A DNA stretch of 64,000 nt from a bacterium (GTDB lineage Bacteria > Patescibacteriota > 4484-211 > GCA-002791395): positions 54,827-118,826 of the forward strand of contig JALWZS010000030.1 in NCBI GenBank assembly GCA_027002475.1. The letters are read 5' to 3'. Both the position numbers and the translations under genes were made by a program. Under the pieces are notes generated by a model. That model was not told where the DNA came from. It worked only from the letters and a program-made list of their open reading frames with translations, and did no database searches. Positions 38,536-46,662 of the stretch are shown here, one piece after another (within the stretch, counting starts at the first letter, position 1; each line of letters opens with the position of its first letter).

Positions 38536-39089
38536 ACCTCGCCCAGCCACCGAAGCACTTTTTCATGATTGTTGTTCGGGAAGTAAGTATTAGTAACTGT
38601 GTACGACTTTAGTTTACTTTCGTTTACCAAGTTAATATATTCATCTCGTTTTTCCTTATACCAGTCAGGCGGTTTTGCTATTCTGGCGTAAGAAGAGTTA
38701 CTTTTTAGGCGGTCATTGATTCTTTGTTGTATTTCATTCGTTGAGAACTGCGACGACACGTGAATAAGTTCAAAGCCTTCTTCATATAAGATTTGGTCGA
38801 TGGAAGTAAATACATCGGAGTTCTTGTAGTTTGTGTATATGTGATTGGTAATATGAAACTTCTCGAAAATAACACACTTACTCTTAAGTATGTTGCCGAT
38901 TTCAATATATTTTTTAATTACAGGCCATCCGAAGTCAGTGCCAAAGATACCTACGTCAGCGTTGAACCATATGCAACCATCCAATATGGTATTAGTTAGA
39001 TTATATTTTCTCTCTAAGAAGTCCCATACACCATGTATTACATAGCTTTTTCCGGCGAGTTCAGGACCTTCAAATATTAACTTATGCAT
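38532..39089 (-). CDS. P-loop nucleoside/nucleotide kinase-like protein (dNK/AAA_28-like)
   Basis: Walker A IFEGPELAGKSYV and ~185-aa length. Confidence 0.45.
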   Translation of the reverse strand: MHKLIFEGPELAGKSYVIHGVWDFLERKYNLTNTILDGCIWFNADVGIFGTDFGWPVIKKYIEIGNILKSKCVIFEKFHITNHIYTNYKNSDVFTSIDQILYEEGFELIHVSSQFSTNEIQQRINDRLKSNSSYARIAKPPDWYKEKRDEYINLVNESKLKSYTVTNTYFPNNNHEKVLRWLGEV

Positions 39090-40155
39090 ATTTTAGTATT
39101 TTCTCATATAGCTTTAGGTAGTTTTTTGCCATTGCTGTGGTCGAGAAATGTTTTTCTACATGTTTACGGCAGTCACTGCGCTTTATGGTGTCGATTTTAT
39201 TTAGCAATCTAATCCAAGTACGCATATTGTTGTCTTTAGCGATAAATCCAGTCTTTCCATCCTTAACTATTTCAGGGACAGAGCCTCTGTTGGTTGCAAT
39301 CACAGGTGTTCCTGATGCCATTGCTTCAATCATAACCAAACCAAACGGTTCCTCCCACCTTAGTGGCATTAAAAATGCATAAGCGTTACTGTAAAGTTTA
39401 ACTAACTCTTTTTTAGACTGTTGTCCTAGGTACTCTATCTGGTCGCCTAAGAATGGTTTAATTGTTTTATTGAAAAAATCTTCGTCTCCAGGATAATATG
39501 AACCAACAATTTTAAGCTTCATACCAGACTTTAATGCAACGCGCACTGCAATGTCTGTTCCCTTGTTTGGCATAATTCTACCTACAGTAAGTAAATACTT
39601 ATCAGGGGTGCCACCAAACTGCCAATGGTCAATGTTTGTGCCGTTATATACGGTTCCTGCCCATTTTACTTTGGGTCTGGGTTTGCGCTGGCTGTAGGTG
39701 AGTGAGGCTAAGTGTAAGTTGCTAAAACGGTTATACTCGTGCAAGATTTTATAGGCATCGTCGGTTAAAGGATCATGAATAGTTGCCAGTACTGGTAATT
39801 TCATTTGTATTGGAGCATAGTCTAAAATGCTAAACGGTCGTGCGTGTGAGTGGAATATGTCAAATTCATTTTCCTGCATGTACCTAAATGCCTGAGCAAG
39901 CATTAGGTTCTCATAATGGTAACTTGCTGTCGGGTGGTTATACTTTTTATAAATCTTAGGCGAGCTAAATGGCAGCATGTTAAACGTTTCCAAATTCGCC
40001 TTGGTCTTTGTGCCAATAGGAGCAAAGAATGTGACATTGTGCCCTAGATTAGTTAGTTCATCAGCTAATGTTCCGGCAATAGTCATGTTGGCATAAATTA
40101 CTTTTTTGGGTACTGGATAAATCAAGTTGTTAGTGCAATAAATACCAATTTTCAT
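39082..40155 (-). CDS. GT4 (group 1) glycosyltransferase
   Basis: EPFGLVMIEAMASGTPVIATNRGSVPEIV. Confidence 0.85.
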   Translation of the reverse strand: MKIGIYCTNNLIYPVPKKVIYANMTIAGTLADELTNLGHNVTFFAPIGTKTKANLETFNMLPFSSPKIYKKYNHPTASYHYENLMLAQAFRYMQENEFDIFHSHARPFSILDYAPIQMKLPVLATIHDPLTDDAYKILHEYNRFSNLHLASLTYSQRKPRPKVKWAGTVYNGTNIDHWQFGGTPDKYLLTVGRIMPNKGTDIAVRVALKSGMKLKIVGSYYPGDEDFFNKTIKPFLGDQIEYLGQQSKKELVKLYSNAYAFLMPLRWEEPFGLVMIEAMASGTPVIATNRGSVPEIVKDGKTGFIAKDNNMRTWIRLLNKIDTIKRSDCRKHVEKHFSTTAMAKNYLKLYEKILKYA

Positions 40156-41246
40156 TTTTCTATGAGTTTGTAGTAGAGCTCTTCGTATTTATCTACCATT
40201 TTAGCGGCAGAGAAATTGTCTACAAATCGTTGTCTTGCCTGCTCTCGATTTAGTTTATCTACCACGTTTATTTTTTCTGCTAGTTCGTCTATTGTTTCTA
40301 CTAAAAATCCAGAGACTCCATCTTCAATAATTTCTGGGAGTGCACCACGTTTATTTGCAATGACGGGAGTGCCAACGGCAAGCGATTCTATTGCAACCAA
40401 ACCAAATGGTTCATCCCACTGAACTGGCATTAGTGTTGCAGTGGCTTTCTTTAAAAACGCTTTTTTTTGATGATTATCAAGAGGTCCCAAGTACTCAACT
40501 TGCTGGGAGCTTAGATATGGTTCTACTTCTTCTTTAAAGAATTTAATACTTGCCTCGTCATGGTCATCTATTGGTCCAGCTATTTTTAGTTGCTTATCGG
40601 TTTTTAGTATTGCTTGAATTGCTTGCCCTACGCCTTTAAATCCACTTATGTAGCCTAAGTATGCAAAGTAATTTCCAGGTTTCGTTGAATACTCATGCCA
40701 TTCTTGTAACGGTAGCCCATTGTGTATAACACTTGATGGGCGTCCAACATGCTCTTGTAACATTTTCGCTTGGAATTCACTTACGGAAACGACGTGCGCA
40801 TTAAAATCTTTATTAACTACGTATTTATGGTAGCTCGGGGGAAATTCATTGCGAAGACTTAGTTCAAAAGCTACTGGATGATGCATTGTCGTGACAACTG
40901 GTGTTGGAATAAATCCAGCGTATAGGTCACTTTCAAAGTATGTATGATCATGGATAATGTCAAACTCTTTGTATTTAGAATACGCTTTTTTAGCAGCTAA
41001 ATGTGTGTACCAGCCAATATCTCTCACTTGAGATGCTTTGTCACGGCTTACCGCTACTGGCCAAACAGGTTCGATCCGCGCTGACACTTTAGAGTCTGCG
41101 CTGCCAAAGAGCGTTACATTGTGCCCTCTAGCGGCCAATTCTTCAACTAGATAATAAACCATTTGCTCTAAACCTGCTTTATTGATCGGCGGAACCGATT
41201 CATAACAGTTAGTTACTTGTGCAATGTTTAATGAGCGTTTATTCAT
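40152..41246 (-). CDS. GT4 (group 1) glycosyltransferase
   Basis: EPFGLVAIESLAVGTPVIANKRGALPEII. Confidence 0.85.
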   Translation of the reverse strand: MNKRSLNIAQVTNCYESVPPINKAGLEQMVYYLVEELAARGHNVTLFGSADSKVSARIEPVWPVAVSRDKASQVRDIGWYTHLAAKKAYSKYKEFDIIHDHTYFESDLYAGFIPTPVVTTMHHPVAFELSLRNEFPPSYHKYVVNKDFNAHVVSVSEFQAKMLQEHVGRPSSVIHNGLPLQEWHEYSTKPGNYFAYLGYISGFKGVGQAIQAILKTDKQLKIAGPIDDHDEASIKFFKEEVEPYLSSQQVEYLGPLDNHQKKAFLKKATATLMPVQWDEPFGLVAIESLAVGTPVIANKRGALPEIIEDGVSGFLVETIDELAEKINVVDKLNREQARQRFVDNFSAAKMVDKYEELYYKLIEK

Positions 41247-42469
41247 CGTTGTTCGAGGTCAGGGAACGTTGCTGTATACTTCTTGTAAGAATTTTCGTAT
41301 TCTTTGTATTTTTCTTGTGGCTTACTAGACCAGTTGTATTGCCACATTTTTTTTATAAGCGTTGTATATAGCTCTTCTGCTTGTGCTTTGTCTTGATTAC
41401 TTATGGGTAGCGTTCGGATTGACTTTATTAACTGTGTTGCACCTGCTTCGACAATCTCCGGGTTCCACCATGGCCAGTTAGAAAGCCAATATGGGTGACA
41501 AGAAGAAAGACCTTTATCAAGATGCTTTTCAGCAGAACTGTACTTTAAATCAATGTCTTCAGTTGGTTTGTTTATAGATAGCAGATGGGTTGATGCAAGA
41601 TCGGCTAGCTCCCAATATAGTTGTTGAAGTTCGTTATCACTGTCTTTCCATAGACTAAAAGGGTTATTGGGGGTTGGGCTATAAATCTCCCCAGACACCC
41701 AACTAGAATCAAGTATCTCTGTTTCCACCTTTGTAAACCCGTGTTGGTTGGAAACTTCTGAAAGCTGTTTTATTGCGATAGTGGGGTTTTTGTGAACATC
41801 GAACAGGAAGTTAAGTCTCTCGGTGTAATGATGGCCAAAGATTTCAACATCGCTAACCGAAACTATGGTGTTATGACTAGCGTGTTGACTTAGCCAGTCT
41901 GCAAATTTTTCGACGGATAATACCCTTGGGAAAGCTCTAAGAATGTTGGTAACATTCCTTGATGAGACAATTAGCTTATACGAGTCGATCTGGATAAATG
42001 GCTCTACGAGACTACTGTCTTTAATAGCATTACTATCGATGAGGATCTTAGCTCCTAAGCTACTTAATTTGCGAGTAACTTCTTGGTTGACAGCTAGCTC
42101 TGGTGGGTAAATGACATCTATTGGGCTTGTTTGCATAAAGTATTCAATAACACCGCGGTTGTATTCTAGTTGCCGTAAGTAAATTTCGCTTGTAGTGAAG
42201 GGGAGCAGTGGGTGATATAAGGGGGAATTGACAAATTCTAATTGTTGACTTTGCACGAGCTTTCTTGCCAACTTAAAAAACTCACTTTTTTCAATTCGGT
42301 CTAGCTGTAAAATTAAGGACCCGCTTATGTTAACAGTAAGCTTAAGGTCAGGATGGTCTAACAATCGTTTCATAAATGGGATATAACTAGACTCTGTTAC
42401 TTGTTTTACAATTGAGTCTTTTTGTGTGGGCGGTTGGTAGAAATGTAGTACTGGCGACCAGTTGAGCAT
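41243..42469 (-). CDS. GH57-family alpha-glucan-active enzyme (second copy)
   Basis: N-terminal LHFYQPPTQ. Collinear similarity to 37372-38535. Confidence 0.7.
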   Translation of the reverse strand: MLNWSPVLHFYQPPTQKDSIVKQVTESSYIPFMKRLLDHPDLKLTVNISGSLILQLDRIEKSEFFKLARKLVQSQQLEFVNSPLYHPLLPFTTSEIYLRQLEYNRGVIEYFMQTSPIDVIYPPELAVNQEVTRKLSSLGAKILIDSNAIKDSSLVEPFIQIDSYKLIVSSRNVTNILRAFPRVLSVEKFADWLSQHASHNTIVSVSDVEIFGHHYTERLNFLFDVHKNPTIAIKQLSEVSNQHGFTKVETEILDSSWVSGEIYSPTPNNPFSLWKDSDNELQQLYWELADLASTHLLSINKPTEDIDLKYSSAEKHLDKGLSSCHPYWLSNWPWWNPEIVEAGATQLIKSIRTLPISNQDKAQAEELYTTLIKKMWQYNWSSKPQEKYKEYENSYKKYTATFPDLEQR

Positions 42470-42471
42470 GT

Positions 42472-43488
42472 GTGTATTATAAACTAATCGTGGACTATAA
42501 GGAAAAGATAAAAGCCAACGCTAAGCAAAAACTTAAAGACGTTGTTAGATCTAAAAACCTTCAAATTGTTAAATTCTACGGCGATGAATATACCGAGCGC
42601 TTTGTACGGGCTCATGTTACAGATAAAAACGGAAAGGATTATTTCTTAAAAGTTCTTGTAGATAACCACGAACTTTTGTTAGCTCGTAGATTTCACGCTG
42701 AGGTTAATTTTTATGAGTATGCAAGCAAATGCTCGGTGTCCAAGCACTTAAATGAACTTGTTGCTTATGATATTAGTAATCAACCCTTCTGGTATATGCG
42801 TGAGCAACTACCTGGTGTCGCTGCGGGAGACTTTGCACGAGACTTTGGTTTTGGGGAGCACAGTTACAATGTGACTTTGACCAAAGAGCTGGTTTCTTTT
42901 TTAAGTAGCAAATGGCGCATGGGTGAAAAGAACAAAATGCGGGATTCATTACCTTTAGCTAGAGACAATCGCATCATAGAATATATGGAGTGGTGGTATG
43001 ATAAAAACCGTTTTTATTTAGGAGATAACAGGGTTAATAAACTACTTAAATTTATTCGTGAGAATGCTGAAGCATATAAACTTTCTTACTGGGTGCTTAA
43101 CCACAACGACTTATGGCCAAGCAATATAATCTTAGGAGATGAAAAAATGGTAATTATCGACTGGGAGACTGTAGGTTTTGGATTTCCTCTGTTTGATGTA
43201 GGGTTGCTTCTTGCCAATTCATGGGGTAATAGTGAATGGGCTAGCGGTCTATCGACCAGCATGCTAGACGCATTTGCAGATTTCACTTATGAAGTTATTG
43301 GAGTACGTAATCAATATTGGAATAAGGTCTATTTGCAGGTGGGGTACTTGTATTGGGCGATAACCCTTTTCATGCAGGCTGATATACACAGGGGGTGGCT
43401 TAAGCTACAAGGTTATGGTGAGCACCCAAAGTGGGATAAGCTAGTTGGTATGCTAAAAAAGCAAATTGATGTAATATTATCGCTATGA
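42472..43488 (+). CDS. APH/choline-kinase-fold phosphotransferase, a possible sugar (maltose-type) kinase
   Basis: Brenner motif LNHNDLWPSNIIL and IDWE. Confidence 0.65.
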   Translation: MYYKLIVDYKEKIKANAKQKLKDVVRSKNLQIVKFYGDEYTERFVRAHVTDKNGKDYFLKVLVDNHELLLARRFHAEVNFYEYASKCSVSKHLNELVAYDISNQPFWYMREQLPGVAAGDFARDFGFGEHSYNVTLTKELVSFLSSKWRMGEKNKMRDSLPLARDNRIIEYMEWWYDKNRFYLGDNRVNKLLKFIRENAEAYKLSYWVLNHNDLWPSNIILGDEKMVIIDWETVGFGFPLFDVGLLLANSWGNSEWASGLSTSMLDAFADFTYEVIGVRNQYWNKVYLQVGYLYWAITLFMQADIHRGWLKLQGYGEHPKWDKLVGMLKKQIDVILSL

Positions 43489-44042
43489 AGTTATATCTAG
43501 TTAGACACGGATATACAGGTAAGCCTGAAAAGTTGCAGGTAAAGCATGATGGGCTTAATGAAATCGGCGTGCAGCAAGCAGAGAGCGCGGCTAAGTTTTT
43601 AGCTAGTGATAGTAAAGTTGCACTGGTGATTTCAAGCCCATATCTTAGAGCATTTCAAACAGCAAGTACGATTGCAAAGCGCTTAAGCGTCCCCCTAGAA
43701 CAGGACGATAGGTTGGTTGAGATCCCATTATGGTTAAGCCCTGGTGATTTACATGATGATAGTACCGAGGAATATAAGGAAGCTTTAAGTATTTTGTCTA
43801 ATGCTCAAGTTGGAGTGGGTGTATTGTTTCAAGAGTTGCGAAATAGGTTTGAGTATGACGATTCGGTGGTTTTGGTTTGTCACGGCAATATAATTCGTGC
43901 AATCCTAGCGTACACACTGAAGATGAGTTTAGAATCGGTAGTTCGTCTTTTTATTGAGAACGGTTCAATAACTTTATTAAAAGACGAACTGGATCAAGAT
44001 GGCAAGATTTATTACGGTTTGCGCTACCTAAATCGCGTCTAG
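43485..44042 (+). CDS. Histidine phosphatase superfamily (PGAM/SixA-like)
   Basis: LVRHGYTG (RHG motif) and a distal VLVCHGNIIRA catalytic His. Confidence 0.75.
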   Translation: MKLYLVRHGYTGKPEKLQVKHDGLNEIGVQQAESAAKFLASDSKVALVISSPYLRAFQTASTIAKRLSVPLEQDDRLVEIPLWLSPGDLHDDSTEEYKEALSILSNAQVGVGVLFQELRNRFEYDDSVVLVCHGNIIRAILAYTLKMSLESVVRLFIENGSITLLKDELDQDGKIYYGLRYLNRV

Positions 44043-44282
44043 CTACCAATCTGGATACTCAAATACTGACTCCTCTTTATTACTGGTGGCAGAGTCGTCT
44101 CCTTTACCGAGTAAAGCTAAAACTTGTTGTTTGGTGTAACGCCGATCACCTCTAGAGTTTATTCGGATGGATTGGATTTTGCCTTTTTTCTCCCAGCGTT
44201 TTAGCGTTAGTCTTGAAACGCGAAGTATTTCGGCGACTTCGCCAATGGTTAGTATTTCGGGGTACTCATCAAGCATATACAA
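44043..44282 (-). CDS. Small excisionase/MerR-type HTH DNA-binding protein
   Basis: LTIGEVAEILRVSRLTLKRWEKKGKI matches the excisionase-family HTH. Confidence 0.65.
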   Translation of the reverse strand: MYMLDEYPEILTIGEVAEILRVSRLTLKRWEKKGKIQSIRINSRGDRRYTKQQVLALLGKGDDSATSNKEESVFEYPDW

Positions 44283-44391
44283 AATGTATCATACGGTATC
44301 GTATGTGTAAAGACTGTGTCTAAGTTGTGCGTATCCCCATACGACAAATCCCCCAAAAGGGGGATTGTCATTATTTATGAAGTAAGCTTTA

Positions 44392-44769
44392 TTACTGCAA
44401 CTCTACGGTTGCACCAGCTTCTTCTAATGTAGCCTTCATTTCTTTAGCGTCATCTGCCTTTACATTTTCGGCAACTGTTGCTGGTAAAGAATCTGTAAGA
44501 TCCTTAGCTTCCTTTAAGCCAAGATCTGGCTTAATGCTACGGATTGCCTTAATCACATTTATTTTCTTGTCACCTGCGTTTGTAATGACAACATTGTATG
44601 CAGACTTTTCTTCGGCTTCAGCACTTTCTCCCGCTGCAGGAGCCGCCGCTACGGCTACTGGTGCAGCAGCAGATACGCCGAATTTATCTTCTAGCATTTT
44701 CACTAACTCTGAGACCTCAAGAACGTTGAGTTCTTCTATTTGCTTTACGATATCTTCGATTTTTGCCAT
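44392..44769 (-). CDS. rplL: 50S ribosomal protein L7/L12
   Basis: MAKIEDIVKQIEELNVLEVSELVKMLEDKFGV... with an Ala-rich hinge. A terminator hairpin ATCCCCCAAAAGGGGGAT lies at 44348-44365. Confidence 0.95.
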   Translation of the reverse strand: MAKIEDIVKQIEELNVLEVSELVKMLEDKFGVSAAAPVAVAAAPAAGESAEAEEKSAYNVVITNAGDKKINVIKAIRSIKPDLGLKEAKDLTDSLPATVAENVKADDAKEMKATLEEAGATVELQ

Positions 44770-45302
44770 TACTGCTCACCCCCTTTAGCTATTCTAATTT
44801 GATCTAGGGTATAAACTAAACTTCGATTTATTCCAGATAAAGTACGAACTAATCCTGAAACAGGGGCTTGGATTTGACCAAGTAGTTTGGCGATTAGCTT
44901 ATCATAACTTGGTAATTTTGCTATCTCATCGATTTTTTGAGTAGGCAATAGTTCGTTATTGATGATACCTCCCTTAATAGAAACTTGTGGGTTAGCTTTA
45001 ATAAATTCTGCTAACTTTTTAATTGGAGATATTATGTCTTCGTGTAAGTAAAGAACTGCAGTAGGGGATTTTAATACGTCAATACCATGTACGCTGTTTA
45101 AAATGTTGCTGCGCATGAGTGCTATACGAAGTAAGGTGTTTTTTACAATGTGGAAAGTCCCACCTAGCTCTTCAACTGCGTTGCGCAACTGTTCTATTTC
45201 TCTTGCTGAAGCTCCTTGGTAATCTACAAATACTAAACCTTCTATTTCCGCAAGGGACTCAGTTAATTTCTTGACTTGTTCAATGTTTTTCTTATTTGGC
45301 AT
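44769..45302 (-). CDS. rplJ: 50S ribosomal protein L10
   Basis: Position and composition match L10. Start overlaps the rplL start region. Confidence 0.9.
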   Translation of the reverse strand: MPNKKNIEQVKKLTESLAEIEGLVFVDYQGASAREIEQLRNAVEELGGTFHIVKNTLLRIALMRSNILNSVHGIDVLKSPTAVLYLHEDIISPIKKLAEFIKANPQVSIKGGIINNELLPTQKIDEIAKLPSYDKLIAKLLGQIQAPVSGLVRTLSGINRSLVYTLDQIRIAKGGEQ

Positions 45303-45408
45303 TTTATCCTGCGTTGGCTTCTTGTTACAAAATTTAAGCTATGCACCAACGGTCTTTGGTATCCGAGTCGAATTATACAAGAATCCTTGATATTCGCAAG
45401 CATGCGAC

Positions 45409-45834
45409 TTACTCGACAACCTCGATGCCCATGCTACGTGCTGTACCCTCAATTATTTTCATCGCTGCTTCAACACTTTTTGCGTTGAGGTCATCCTTTT
45501 TAAGCTCGGCGATTTCTTGTACTTGTGCTTTTGTTACCGTGCCAACCTTTTCTACCGGTACGGCGCCGCTGCCCTTTTCTGCACCAGCTGCTTTGAGTAA
45601 TAAAGAGCTTGCTGGTGGGGTTTTTGTTACAAATGTAAAACTATTATCTTCGTATAGAGTTATTTCGACAGGAATAATCTGACCCTTTTTGTCTTGCGTT
45701 GCAGCATTGTATTGATTACAGAACTCCATAAGTGGAATACCGTGCTGACCTAATGCTGGACCAACTGGTGGTGCTGGACTCGCCGTCCCAGCAGGAAGGT
45801 TTAATTTTATGATTGTTTTTACTTGCTTTGCCAT
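45409..45834 (-). CDS. rplK: 50S ribosomal protein L11
   Basis: [33 protein letters not shown]. Confidence 0.95.
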   Translation of the reverse strand: MAKQVKTIIKLNLPAGTASPAPPVGPALGQHGIPLMEFCNQYNAATQDKKGQIIPVEITLYEDNSFTFVTKTPPASSLLLKAAGAEKGSGAVPVEKVGTVTKAQVQEIAELKKDDLNAKSVEAAMKIIEGTARSMGIEVVE

Positions 45835-45843
45835 GGGTTTGGA

Positions 45844-46389
45844 TTATAGTTTACCGACCTGTAAGAAATCAAGCTCAACTGGAGTCTCTCGGCCAAATAT
45901 TGAAACTAGTACTTTTATTGTTCCCTTAGCCTTGTCGATTTCATCGACCGTTCCGACAAAGTCAGCAAACGGACCATCTGTAATCTTGACGCCTTCTCCA
46001 ACCGTAAACTGTGTTTCAAACTGTGGAGCATCTTGTTTGGCAAAGTTCTTGATTGCTTCAACTTCTTTCTCTGATAAAGGAACGGCTTTATCTGCAGTTC
46101 CAACAAAAGCGGTTACGCCTGGAGTTCCTTTGACGACGCTGATAATTTGGTCATTAAGTACTGTCTTGATAAGGATGTATCCAGGGAACAAGCGTTCTGT
46201 TACTTCACGGCGCTTGCCATCTTTGACCTCGATTTTTTGTTGTGTAGGAATAAAAATCTCAAGGATCTGGTCCTCCATATTAAAAAATTTCAGCCTCTTT
46301 TCGAGGTTGATTTTAACTTTTTGTTCATGACCGCTGTATGTATGTACTACGTACCAGCGAGGTTCGTTTTGTTTATTTAATACGCTCAT
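45844..46389 (-). CDS. nusG: Transcription termination/antitermination factor NusG
   Basis: RWYVVHTYSGHEQKV NGN domain and C-terminal KOW. Confidence 0.95.
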   Translation of the reverse strand: MSVLNKQNEPRWYVVHTYSGHEQKVKINLEKRLKFFNMEDQILEIFIPTQQKIEVKDGKRREVTERLFPGYILIKTVLNDQIISVVKGTPGVTAFVGTADKAVPLSEKEVEAIKNFAKQDAPQFETQFTVGEGVKITDGPFADFVGTVDEIDKAKGTIKVLVSIFGRETPVELDFLQVGKL

Positions 46390-46394
46390 AATGT

Positions 46395-46577
46395 TTACTG
46401 TATAAATTCACCAAGTATTTTAGTAAGACCGTAGTCGATGATTCCAACGTAGGCCCCAACAATAATCGTAGTTATTATAACAACTATTGTCATCCTTATA
46501 GTTTCATCTTTACTTGGCCACGTGACCTTCTTAAGTTCGCTTCGAACTTCCTCAAAAAACTTGATGACGCCTTTCAT
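46395..46577 (-). CDS. secE: Preprotein translocase subunit SecE
   Basis: 60-aa single-TM protein directly upstream of nusG. Confidence 0.85.
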   Translation of the reverse strand: MKGVIKFFEEVRSELKKVTWPSKDETIRMTIVVIITTIIVGAYVGIIDYGLTKILGEFIQ

Positions 46578-46662
46578 TTCTGGTTGATTTTACCACGAGA
46601 CTAAGTATAATGACAACGTGTACGTACTGTAAAAAGTAGCAGTTGGTTATATGTAAAAATAA

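Noticed and set aside
45303-45408. A hidden or fragmentary rplA between rplK and rplJ
   Set aside because: The gap is ~106 bp with no ORF. This is too short for even a remnant of the ~230-aa L1, so it is more likely the L10 leader.
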